From positions 26,536,001 through 26,600,000 of the forward strand of contig OX597827.1 in NCBI GenBank assembly GCA_951406725.2: a stretch of DNA of 64,000 nucleotides, read 5' to 3'. Position numbers and translations under genes: made by a program. The notes beneath the pieces were generated by a model. The model was not told the DNA's origin and did not search any database. It worked only from the letters and a program-made list of their open reading frames with translations. This DNA comes from Octopus vulgaris (lineage: Eukaryota). Every line of letters starts with the position of its first letter. Position 1 is the stretch's first letter. Positions 1 through 11,859 of the stretch are shown here, piece by piece.

Positions 1-362
<362 letters not shown>

Positions 363-644
363 ATGTGTCTATATATTATTCTTCAATAACAATATTATTG
401 AAAGTGACTAAGTAGTTTAGGCCAGCTAAGAAATCGTTAGATGATGGCTTAATGCCCGAAATTTCGAAGTCACTGGTGTTCATAGTATTCTACTTCACGA
501 TTAATAAATTTATACTCTACAGAAGTAAAGAGTAACCCATCAGATTAATGTAAAATTGCTGTTATTATTATAGCTGATTACTAAAAAGGAAACAAACATT
601 AAAATACTCACGCGCGTGCATATCCACATACCTACACACACACA

Positions 645-683
<39 letters not shown>

Positions 684-924
684 ACACACACGCACACACG
701 TATATATGACTATGTGTATGCACTTCAAAAGACAGACAGAGTGAAGTGAATGTTTTTTTTACTTTTGTTTTTAGTGTTTTTGCCTTTGGAAATATGGAAG
801 GCCGGCTATTGACTTCCTTTGACCGAGCGAGCGTTAAATACGAAATGAGTGCTCTGTCTAGGACGTTGTTGTTCACGTGACTGCTTTTAGTTCCAACTAT
901 CACAGTTGTTGCTGCTGTGGTTGT

Positions 925-989
925 GATCATCATTATAATTATCACCATCATCATCATCATGACAATTGTTACTATTATTATTATTATCG

Positions 990-1086
<97 letters not shown>

Positions 1087-1090
1087 TATT
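925..1090. repeat. (ATC)n/(ATT)n microsatellite
   Basis: Read directly; it explains the poly-I/Y/N/L ORFs in the ORF track. Confidence 0.95.
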
Positions 1091-1093
1091 ACT

Positions 1094-1300
1094 GGCGGAA
1101 ACGTTAGCACACCGGGCGAAATGCTTAGCGGTATTTCGTCCGTCTTCATGTTCTAAGTTCAAATGCCACCGAGGTCGACTTTACTTTTCTTCCTTCCGAG
1201 GTCGACAAAATAAGTACCAATTGAACACTGGGGTCGATTACATCGACTCATCTTCTCCCCCAAGATTACTGCACTTGCGGCAAAATTTGAAACCATTATT
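1094..1300 (+). mobile_element. tRNA-derived SINE, family A (Nin/Deu-domain-like core)
   Basis: Carries the core gaggtcgactttgcctttcatcctttcggggtcgataaa...gtaccagtt, repeated more than 10 times in the window, and ends in (ATT)n. Confidence 0.8.
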
Positions 1301-1385
1301 AGTATGATCATTATTTTCATAATTATCATTATTATTATTATTATCATTATTTTCATGATTATTATTATCATTATCATCATCATTG

Positions 1386-1458
<73 letters not shown>

Positions 1459-1555
1459 CATTATCATTAATATTATTATTATTACGTGAATGGTGAGGGG
1501 AAACATAGTTTTGCTACTTTATCTGCATTATTCATGAGTAATTTTTCAAATGACA

Positions 1556-1557
1556 GG

Positions 1558-1632
<75 letters not shown>

Positions 1633-1670
1633 CGATGATGATGATCATAACGATGATGATGATGATGATG
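1556..1670. repeat. (GAT)n microsatellite
   Basis: Read directly; it is the source of the poly-D and poly-M ORFs. Confidence 0.95.
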
Positions 1671-2247
1671 AGAAAGAGGCAGATACAGATATTGTTGGCG
1701 ATGATGGTGACGAAGATTGTAATGATGTCGACCACGAGGAGAACGGTGCTGCAGGTGGAAGTGCTAATACTGACGAAACGAATACTGTCACGGTGGTGAT
1801 GGTGGTTTTCGGGAGGGTGGGATCGAGTGCAATGTGAAGCTAGTTTTGCTACTTTTGTTTCCAGCAGTTGTCAATGGTGGCGCTGACGATGATGACGACA
1901 CCGATGAGGCTACTGTGTGCGGGGTGGGGTTGGGTGTTTAAAACCAGGTAGACGTTCTCTGTTTTTTCACTATTTCTATGGTTCCAAAACTTCGCTCTTT
2001 CCCAGACCCCCTGCCAAGGTGTTCAAGTAATTAAAACTGCTAAACAAATCAAATATGCAAATGACATTTTTTACTGCTTGACTATGTACGTGTCTATGTG
2101 GTTGTGTGAGTACATGTATGTATAATTGTATGTGGGCTTGTGTGAGCGGGAAAGAGAGAGAGGAGGAGCGAACGAGATAGAGGTAGATAGCTAGAGAGAG
2201 GGAGAAAATGATATATATACATACATATTCATATATATGTATAAATA

Positions 2248-2336
<89 letters not shown>

Positions 2337-2426
2337 GAGGGATAATGAGATAGAGGTAGATAGCTAGAGAGAGAGAGAGCAGGATATATATACATGCATA
2401 TTTATATGTATGTATGTATATATGTA

Positions 2427-2519
<93 letters not shown>

Positions 2520-3520
2520 AGATAGAGATAGCTAGCTAGCTAGGCAGATAGACAGAGAGAGAGAGTGAGAGAGAGAGAATGAACGAGATAGAGATAGATA
2601 AATAGAGAGAACGGGAGATAGATAGATAGACAGAGAGCGAAAGAGAGGGAGAGAGATAAACAGACAGAGACAGACATATATAGAAGTTGGTATTATGTGT
2701 ATCTCTATATTTATGTATATGTGTGTCTCTATGTAGCTGGCACGTATACATGTCTATGTGTATGCCATGTCATGAGTGTGTTTGTGACAATATCTGTTTT
2801 ATTAAACTTCAGTCTGAGACATTTAAGGTGCATGCGTATGCGTATATGTTGATATGTATATTCGCACGTTGTGCGTGTGCGTGTGCATCTGCACATGGAT
2901 ACATTCACCAAGCATATGTACATGGTGGTTGTATGTGATATACAGCAAAGGGTAGTACGCATGTACTTTTGTGTGAAAGCATGGCCAAGAATAATTATTC
3001 CATGACTTAACATTTCGAGTGAGCGAATGTGTGTGCATAAGTGTGCAAGCGTGCGTGAGTGCCCTTGTGTGTGTGTGTCTGCGTGTGTGTGTGCGTGTGT
3101 GTTTACGTGCGTCTGCGTGCGTGTGTGGAAAATGTATATTATATATGCATATATGCTGTTTTATTATTCAGTATTTGGAAATTTTTTAATGGTGAATTTC
3201 ATACAGTTGGTTTAGCACACATATTTTACTAAGCACACACACACGCGCGCGCGCACACACACACTCATACACACGCATAAATACATACACATAGTCATAA
3301 TAGATAACTTAAATATACATCAAACACTCAATGTCACCATTTATCATGTCCTCTTCGTCTCAGTTTTTGTTTTTAGTCGAACGAATCAGCCGCCGCACTT
3401 ATTTTTAAAAGCCGGTATTTGTTCTATCGACTGAACCGCCAAGTGATGAGTGCCGAAAACAAACCAAAACCGGTTGTCAAGCGCCGGTGAGGCACAAACA
3501 CAAGCAGTCATAGTTATATA

Positions 3521-4031
3521 TACGAGGGGAAGTCAAAAATTATCCGAACTTTATCATTATTATTTCCACATTGCCTTCTGCGCATGCGTGCTCATAGTTG
3601 GTACTCTTGTGATCATGGGATCAATATTTGAGCCTGATCGCACAATTTTTTTCTTTCTCGCTTTACAGTATAAGCATGGCCGCTCCACTAGCAATGTGCA
3701 CCAAAGAACAAACAGCAGTGATCCGATGTCCGTCCTAGGTCAGAAGGTGTTTCAGGTGCTGAAATTCGTCGGAGGCTTTTAGCACAATACGGTGAAGGTG
3801 CACAACCGCATAGAAGTGTGTGAATTGATCGAGGATATTAAAAGTGGCCGGACAAGCGTGACATACGAAGAGGGAACAGAACACTCGTCAACCTCCACCA
3901 CTGACAAGAAGATTCAGCAAGCTCGTGAGATGGTAATGGCGTACCGGTGAGTAATCATCGATGAGGCAGCTCGTTCTCTGCAGATTAGTCATGGTTCTAC
4001 CTGTCAAATCACCCACGATGAGCTCAGCTTC
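3521..4031 (+). mobile_element. Mariner transposon 5' fragment (TIR plus decayed transposase N-terminal HTH region)
   Basis: Starts TA-cgaggggaagtcaaaaatt. The frameshifted translation MAAPLAMCTKEQ..SEGVSGAEIRRRLLAQYGE..KSGRTSVT..STSTTDKKIQQAREMVM..IIDEAARSLQISHGS matches a mariner DNA-binding region. Confidence 0.8.
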
Positions 4032-4032
4032 T

Positions 4033-4173
4033 AAACACTGACTATAGTACCACGTTAAATGTTCACATCCTTGGATCTTGAATTATTCATTAATTTTTGC
4101 TTGTATGTTTTGTCCCTCCGCTTTACCTCATGGTGCGATGTGAACATTTAACGTGGTACTATAGTCAGTGTTT
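4033..4173. repeat. Perfect 37-bp inverted repeat (4033-4069 / 4137-4173)
   Basis: aaacactgactatagtaccacgttaaatgttcacatc and its exact reverse complement. Confidence 0.9.
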
Positions 4174-4309
4174 CGACTGCTATTTCGGCATGTTGGTGTC
4201 TTTTAGACACCCTCATTTTTAATTGTTAAAAATGTTTTTACCTTTGTAAGGTATTTCTTTCATGCTGGCCACTTGATAATTTCGACACTTAAATATCGAT
4301 ATTATCCTC

Positions 4310-4370
<61 letters not shown>

Positions 4371-4429
4371 GTAGTATTTTTCATGTGGCCACTTGATAAT
4401 TTCGACACTTAAATATCGATATTATCCTC

Positions 4430-4496
<67 letters not shown>

Positions 4497-4499
<3 letters not shown>

Positions 4500-4660
4500 G
4501 ATGGGCTTTCAGTTTTCGTCTGCCAAATCCACTCACAAGGCTTTGGTCAGCCCGAGGCTATAGTAGAAGACACTTGCAGCAGGTACTGCGCAGTTGGACT
4601 GAACCCGGAACCATATGGTTCGGAAGCAAGCTTCTTAGCACACAGCCACTGCTGCGCCTA
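4497..4660 (-). mobile_element. tRNA-derived SINE, family C (head and core)
   Basis: On the minus strand it reads ggcgcagcagtggctgtgtg...ggttccgggttcagtcc...caagtgtcttctactatagcctcggg, and it has multiple copies in the window. Confidence 0.8.
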
Positions 4661-4730
4661 TGTATATGCACACACACACCTATATATGTGTGTGTGCATA
4701 TGTTTGTTTATGTATATATGTGTGTATGGA

Positions 4731-5068
4731 TGTGAAAGCGCATGGCTCAGTGGTTAGAGCGTCGAGCTTACAATCGTGAGGTTGTGAGCTCGAATCCCGG
4801 ACCGGGCTGCGTGTTGTGTTCTTGAGCAAGACACTTTATTTCACGTTGCTCCAGTTCACTCAGCTGTAGAAATGAGTTGCGACGTCACAGGTGCCAAGCT
4901 GTATCGACCTTTGTCTTTCCCTTGGATAACACTGGTGGCGTGGAGAGGGGAGGCCGGTATGCATGGGCGACTACTGGTCTTCCATAAAAAAAACCTTGCC
5001 CAGACTTGTGCCTCAGAGGGTAACTCTCTAGGTGCAAACCCATGATCACTCATGGCCGAAGGGGGTCT
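4731..5068 (+). mobile_element. tRNA-derived SINE, family B (full length)
   Basis: Has an A-box (tggctcagtgg) and B-box (gctcgaatcc), then the core gtgttcttgagcaagacactttatttcacgttgctccagttcactcagctgta. An inverted second copy lies at 5537-5872. Confidence 0.85.
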
Positions 5069-5298
5069 TTATGTATGTATGTACGTATATATCCCTAATA
5101 TCCCAGAAACAGCTGTAAGACTATATCTATATCTCATTTCGATAAATGTCCTGAAAACTCCTCACAGCCGTGGCTTTGGTACCTCAGTTTGTCTAATACA
5201 TATATACAGTGGGAATTTACGAAAAATAACATAGACGAACACAGGTGTATAAACAACAAACAGGTATATTAGTTTAACTCTCGGGAAAAGGAGAAAGT

Positions 5299-5334
5299 CT
5301 TTTACGTTTCGAGCCTACGCTCTTCAACAGAAAG
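5299..5334 (-). ncRNA. Minimal type-I hammerhead-like fold with a core variant (CUGUUGA)
   Basis: Minus strand: cttt-ctgttga-a-gagc-gtag-gctc-gaaacgta-aaag. Stems I and II pair fully and stem III is the palindrome ACGT. Confidence 0.55.
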
Positions 5335-5536
5335 GAACACAAGAAAATAAACAGAGAGAGAATAAAAAAGCTTCATCGGCGGTCAATGCCTGAACAAGAG
5401 CAACAGTTTAAATCATTTGCATATTACATAATGTTTCACAACCCGAAAATACATTTAATCATTCGGATTTTGACTACTATTCCATTATTGGGTATGAGTC
5501 TGTCCTTGTCTGAGGTTGATGAACGTGTATATATTG

Positions 5537-5872
5537 AGACCCCCTTCGGTTATGGCTGGCCGTGGGCTTGCATCTGGAAAGTTACCCTCCCAAGCACAAG
5601 TTTGGGCAAGGTTGTTTATGGAAGACCAACAGTCACCCATGCATACCGGCGTCCCCTCTCCACGCCACCAGTGTTATCCAAGGGAAAGGCAGCGGCCGAT
5701 ACAGCTTGGCACCTGTGACGTCGCAACTCATTTCTACAGCTGAGTGAACTGGAGCAACGTGAAATAAAGTGTCTTGCTCAAGAACACAACACGCAGCCTG
5801 GTCCGGGATTCGAACTCACAACCTCACGATCGTAAGCTCGACGCTCTAACCACTGAGCCATGCGCCTTCACA
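5537..5872 (-). mobile_element. tRNA-derived SINE, family B (full length, inverted relative to 4731-5068)
   Basis: Reverse complement of 4731-5068 with few differences. Confidence 0.85.
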
Positions 5873-5874
5873 TG

Positions 5875-5920
<46 letters not shown>

Positions 5921-6346
5921 TGCGGTGGGGGAGGCGCGCATCTGTGTCTATTTGAAGCATGATCAGCTCAGTATTGTCATATGCACACTCTCACCATCAC
6001 CCCCGCTACTACCGCCTCAACCACCACCACCACCACCACCGCCATCATGATTATGATTGCCATTAAATTGTCATTATCATCATAACATACCCTAGACGTC
6101 CCTCCTTCATCTCTTCCCCCAATATTCCTCTACCACTCTCTTTCACTCTTTCTCACTCTCTCTCTCTCCCTAACTCTCTCCCTCCCTAACTCTCTCTCTC
6201 CCTAACTCCCTCCCTTTCTCTTACCCCTTTCTCTGTTCTGCAAGCATATAAGCCCGTCCGGACGATAGTCCCCTAACTTGTCATTAACCATAATTTGAAA
6301 CACAACTGACGGTACGCATAAAATCCTCCCTTGTCTTGAGATGATG

Positions 6347-6404
<58 letters not shown>

Positions 6405-6852
6405 AAAATGCAAAGGAACGAAAAGAGAAAGGAGAAACAACACAACACAGGAAAAGTGGTCGTATTATTTGAGTGTGAGAGAATGAAATAGAGACAGAGA
6501 GAAGGGATGAGAGGGAGAGAGAAAGAAAGGTGGTGGTGGTGGTGGTGGTGGTGGCAAGAGCAGGACGACAAAAAGAAGGATGGAGAAGTAGATGGAAAAT
6601 GGCGGGGAAGATGGAAATATGTAATCCAAAATTGCTGGAATGTGAATGAATGCCACAATGAAGGGTTTATTGAGAGATTTAAATTGAAGGTGATCCTGTA
6701 TATGGGGAAGAGAGATGGTTAAGAGGGAGAGAGATGGGAAAAGAGAATGAGACGAAAAGAACGGATGGGAGGGAAAGTGAGAGGTGGAGAGAAGAATGAA
6801 TGAAATGAATATTTATGTATCAAGAGAGTGATAAAGAAAACGATGGTAAAAA

Positions 6853-6883
<31 letters not shown>

Positions 6884-7549
6884 TAGGAGTGATACAAACG
6901 AGTAAAGGGGTGAGTGAGACAAGAAAGAGCATAAACAGAACGAGTGATGAGGAGGAACTAAGAGAGAAGGAGGAAGAGCGAGAGGTTAGTGGGTTGCGGG
7001 AAACAGAACGAGAAAAAAGGGAGAAAACAAAGTTGTGATAAAGGGACTGGCTGAAAGAGAAGGAGAGAGAGAGAGAGAGAGAGGCAGACAGACAGACAGA
7101 AAGAGATAAATGGGGGGTAGGAGTGTGAGGTAGAGTATTTCAGAATATATTATGTGAGATATTGAGAACGATAGAGAGATTGAAAATGAGATACAGAGTG
7201 TCATAGACAGGGTGAGAACTGTCAACTGAAACTGGTAACAGTATGGGAGAATTCTTCGTCCTGTGACCCTTAGAGTGGTCGCACTGATGAAAAGGGATCA
7301 CAGGAACGGGGACAGAGTTTAAAATGTTGGTGAAGCAATTAAGTGTTTAATTTTGTTGTCGATAGTCTGATTGGTAAGGCACAGCTGTGTGCCATCTCAA
7401 CCAGATCGACCCACGGCAATCCACACCATAGAAGAGTTCTACTAAACTTGGATCAATCGAAAGATTTTATGAATAACATGCAGAGAGTTCCGAGTGACTC
7501 TGTTTGTATATGTTAAGTCCTTTTCCTTAGATCAAACAGGCTCGTATTT

Positions 7550-7890
7550 AATTATCTCCGCTTTACAGTCGTGTTTGTTTGTTTGTCAGTGAACAAGACA
7601 TCTCAAGAACCGCTGGATGGATTCGGATGAAACTGTCAGGGATGTTTGTCCTTGTGACTGATTAGATTTTGGGATTGATCTAGTACCGGACAAGGATTCT
7701 GGATTATTACTTTTCCTGTTTTTTTTTCTTAATTTTTGATAGCAGTCAGTTTCATTTTTAGTATTCTCGTTTGTTAGAGGAATCGAATGTATTTCAGCTC
7801 TTCTCGTTTTAAAAATCATCTCTGCCTAAATGTTTAGAGGACGTTGGTTTTGCCTTGGCAGAGGTTTGTGCTCTCTGAGTGCTCTTGTTA
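7550..7890 (+). mobile_element. Helentron-associated (DINE-1/HINE-like) non-autonomous element
   Basis: 5' end tatctccgc, then (GTTT)n and the core atctcaagaaccgctggatggattcggatgaaact. The 3' end ggcagaggtttgtgctctctgagtgctcttgtt gives a subterminal inverted repeat plus hairpin. The core is shared with 62520-62690. Confidence 0.6.
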
Positions 7891-8649
7891 AGATGGAACT
7901 ATGTCCATATCTGTCGCTTTCCTTGCTAACAAATATCAGATTTCCCCCAAATAATGTAATTTTTTAATAAAATGAAATCCTGAATTTCTGGGAATTACCT
8001 CCTCTCTTTTTCAGCGTCGGAGACAGCAACCAAAGATATTTTCTTTTTCTTATTAAGGGACGGATATTTTGACTGGGAGTACGAAGTTCAGTGCATACCG
8101 ATTTATCTTTTTTCTTCTTCTTTAGGAGCCATATGCAGAACGTAGCTCTTTGCATTCTATTCTAGTCAGGTGTTGGTAGCTATGGTTCATAAACTGACCA
8201 CAAGTGTGGACAATCCAACCGGTAATTGGGCAGTAAGAACAGGTAAATTACTACGTTGATAAGACGGTGATAGAAACCTGAGATTTTTCAGCCGGAATCG
8301 GATCGAATTTTGTTTATTCAGGGCTATTACTAGATTTTCCAATCTGTTCTTGTTTGTTTAATGCTTTATGATTCGCAGTAATTTTGACAAACTCATCTGT
8401 CTTTGTTTATCAAGGAATACTTCGCTCAATGTCCCTTTTAATTTTAAGATGAAAATTTGGTCCGAGGGAGATTTGATAGCTATTTCTAGCAGTCCAAACG
8501 ATTTTGTAGAAGCTCATTCTATCATTATTACTGTTATTTAAGCCTTAAATATTTCAGAGATGGCCATCACATTCTTTTTCCAAACAATCTATATTTATAA
8601 CACACATTCCCTAGTATATCCTTCCATATTTTAAAACAATATGGAAAGA

Positions 8650-8808
8650 TACATTATTTACATTTGACGGATATTTGTCCTCGTCTTGTCTGTTTCGGCT
8701 AATATACTCTCCAGCCTTCATCAGGTGTCTTGGTGCATATTTCGTAGTGGTTAAGAGCACGGACTACTTACCACAAGATTCCGAATTCGATTCCAGGCAG
8801 TGAATTGA

Positions 8809-8843
<35 letters not shown>

Positions 8844-9160
8844 CTTTTCTACTCTAGGTACAAGGCCCGAAATTTGTGGGAAGGGGTCCAGTCGATTAGA
8901 TCGACCCCAGTACGCAACTGATACTTAATTTATCTACCCTGAAAGAATGAAAGGAAATAATAATAATAACATCGAAATATACCTTAGGAATGAGAACCCA
9001 TGTTGGAAATTTCTCCAAGACACCTGATGAAGGCTGGAGTGTATATTAGCCGAAACGTTGTTAGCAACAATCAAGATTAGGAGAAATATCCGTCAAATGT
9101 AAATAATGTAAACAATATAAATAATGTACATAATTCCTTATCTCTTAAAAATACAACTGG
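8650..9160 (+). mobile_element. Composite element: inverted partial tail + tRNA-derived head + (AAT)n + hammerhead-bearing tail, interrupted by a family A SINE at about 8845-8955
   Basis: Head cgtagtggttaagagcac...ttcgattcc at 8735-8810. The tail contains ctgatga-a-ggct...agcc-gaaacgtt at 9024-9059. Bases 8650-8733 are an inverted copy of the tail. A second copy lies at 49478-49865. Confidence 0.75.
9019..9062 (+). ncRNA. Minimal type-I hammerhead ribozyme motif (Penelope-type)
   Basis: gacac-CTGATGA-a-ggct(ggagtgtatatt)agcc-GAAAC-GTT. Stem I is damaged in this copy but intact (gacac/gtgtt) in the 49.5-kb copy. Confidence 0.65.
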
Positions 9161-9400
9161 AATATGGGGAGACGTGAAATATATTCGGCTGCTATTTATA
9201 GCAGATTAATCGACCACAGAGAGCCAGTGTGTTGATTCTGATGATTGTCATTGTTGTTAACAAAATCCCAGGTGGTTATAGTATTAGTCATGGGGCTAAT
9301 GGTGGGGATCGTGTTGCTGATAGTTGTAGTGGTGATAGAATGATACTGTTTACCTCCAGCTTATCCTTGACTCTACAAATCTATGAACAAAAGACTTCCA

Positions 9401-9837
9401 AGTAAATATTGTTTGCCAACATAACATGGCAGTCCTGGTTTAGGTCGAATGTTGCTGTAACTTAGCCCCAGGAGACATCGTCTTCAGCTGGCTATACGAC
9501 ACGATCTGTATCCTTATATTTTCGAACAAAGGAATCAAGCACCCCCACTCAGCTCAAAACAATATCTGTGTATCGCGATTTCCGGTTTATTTCCCTTCAT
9601 CAGCACAGAATAATGCGGCTAGAGGTGACGCTGCCTAATTCCCGTTCGAAATATAAAGTTATAGTCACTGATCTATAAATTAGGAAATTACTGGGATGCT
9701 AGATTTCCTTGTTCAAAAATATAAGGACACAGATCGTGTCGTATTGCCAGCTGGAGACGATGTCTTGTGGGGTTAAATTACAGCAACATTCGTCCTAAAC
9801 CAGGACTACCATGTTATGTTGGCAAATAATCTTTACT
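9401..9837. mobile_element. Inverted repeat of about 140 bp (9401-9544 / 9693-9837) enclosing a hammerhead; Penelope-like terminal structure
   Basis: The arms are reverse complements with scattered mismatches, and the spacer holds a hammerhead fold on the minus strand. Confidence 0.7.
9565..9609 (-). ncRNA. Minimal type-I hammerhead ribozyme motif
   Basis: Minus strand: tctgtg-CTGATGA-a-ggg-aaataaa-ccg-GAAA-tcgcga-TA-cacaga. It has a 6-bp stem I, a palindromic stem III and one mismatch in stem II. Confidence 0.7.
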
Positions 9838-11859
9838 CCAAATTACTGTTGCTGAATATCTCTCGTTGTGAAATTTAAAAATAATAATTTTCTGAAATAA
9901 TAATTTTGCAGTTTGTAACACTTCCTTTGCTTTTGTATACCAAGGATTGCACTACGTTCTGTAATTTAGATGGAATGATGTGACTTGGATAATTTGTCCA
10001 TCATCGGAATGAGATCTAGAGACTACATCCGAAGGGATGAAGTGCAAGGTTGGTTTTGGTGTGATTTGAACTCACAGCACATCCAACCAGAACAAATAGC
10101 GTAAAGCATTATAGTCAGTGTCCTAAAGGTTGTAGCATTTCGCTGTCTTCTCACTCAGAGAATTCATAGAAAGGAATTTATAAAATTTTGGAATGACGAG
10201 CACGATTCTTTCCTAACAACTGGAATGAACTTTCAGACCACAGAGTTGAAACTGATTCTATGTTTAGAAATGCATAAGTATTCCCTGGAATATAATTCAT
10301 GCCTGCAATTTAGAAACGGGTCTGTAGAAATGTGACTTGGTTCTGCGAAGACTGTGCATTGCTAAAAAAACCTATCTTCCTGTGCTGGGTTCCACCTCCG
10401 GAGATTATAACACACTGATGTATTAAATGTAATAAATTATTTGTCTTCCGAGATAAGAAAAGCTTAAAAGTGGTCGATGAGCGTCATTGAAGGAAATGTG
10501 ATTGAAGAAATTAGATTCTACAAATCTTTATGATATTTTGGGGATGGATGGAGAAGCGAATCGGCAAATTTAGGTTTGTGGCAAAAGACGTTTCATTGCA
10601 AATAGTGCATATGAGAAAGGAAAATATTTTAGAAATGTGTGAGAATGGTAAGCTTGCACAATGGAATTCATTGTCTGTGAGTAGCAAGAAAATTATTATC
10701 TTCTCACTCACTGTCTGTGTTTTGTCCTAAGTGATTTGCCTGTTCCCATGAGGCTAAGGAAATGGTAAAATTTTCTTTAGAATATATTTCATTGTGTCAC
10801 GAAAGCTAAAAGTTATAGAGATTAGCATTGTATGGAAGTGAAAAACTATTTGGAGAAAAGCTGAATAAAAAACTAAAAACAAATAATAAATATATTGAAG
10901 AAAGGCAGTCACCCGAACGCTCATTGGTGGACTTATGGATTCACTGAGTGACTTCATTAATCACAGATCAACTCAATATATTTATTTCATTGGAACTTTT
11001 CGCAACACTGGAAAAATGCCAGTTGGCGACAGTTCAATGTCATGCTTGATGAAGGCAAAAACAATAGCTAGCTAAGATCTTCCAAACCCCCATTTAATAC
11101 TCCAGTGGAAGAAAATCAATTGCTATGTTGTATTTTGGGGAAGTTAACAACAATATTTAGCTGGAATTAACTGTCAAAGTTGATATTACTAACCTCAAAC
11201 GTAGAAAATATCAAGAATAATCTTTATTCCTTATCATTGTAATTTATTAATAAAAGCTTTCTCACTTTGCCAAGATATTATGAGTCAATTTATCAATAGC
11301 AGTTATCGAAAATGAATTATTGAAATGCTTCAGCACCAATATGATATTTAATATTTTCGAACAGAAATGTATTATTGCATTTTAGGCAATTAACTCTCAT
11401 TCAAAATGACTTTTGTATTCAGGGGAAGGTGGCGGGGTGTAATCGATATATATTTCTATGTGTGATACAAAAATAATCTCGAGACTATTTGCTTGAAATT
11501 CTATTACCATATTAATGTCTGATCGGTAATATTAATTGCAGAGAGCAGTGGAGTTCACCGAGGCTCTCAGTACTTCCAATTAAGTGCTTTACAATTTAGG
11601 ACTTACTTTCGACAGATTTTGAGTTCAAATTTCATCAACGATAATGTCCGCTTTCAGTACTCCCAGGGGGGATCAATAATATAAGGACAAGGAATATAAT
11701 GAAAGTTTTCGAAGGGAGTCGCCATATTCAACAAATTCGACTCTCTAAAAAAAATTTTTAAATTAAGCACTTTCCTCAGCAGACATGCTGTTTTGAGTAT
11801 TGCTGTCACTTGTTAACTTCCTACAAAGATTAATATTTTCAGCTTTACATGTCCGATCA

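Noticed and set aside
430-478. Hammerhead-like remnant tagatga-tggc-ttaat-gccc-gaaa-tttcgaag-tc
   Set aside because: The core and stem I are too degenerate to call; possibly a dead copy.
540-1837. Poly-I/N/Y/L/D/M ORFs, including an acidic 95-aa ORF at 1550-1837
   Set aside because: These are translations of (ATT)n and (GAT)n microsatellites with no domain content.
4238-4495. Tandem duplication of about 75 bp plus (TA)n
   Set aside because: The copies differ by clustered single-base indels next to long (TA)n, so an assembly or consensus artefact is at least as likely as a real duplication.
4731-4810. tRNA-like sequences here and at other SINE heads
   Set aside because: They continue into SINE bodies and lack a proper acceptor stem, so they are not tRNA genes.
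8125-8221. Apparent exon between a pyrimidine-rich ..tttag and gtaatt
   Set aside because: All three frames contain stops and there is no other support.
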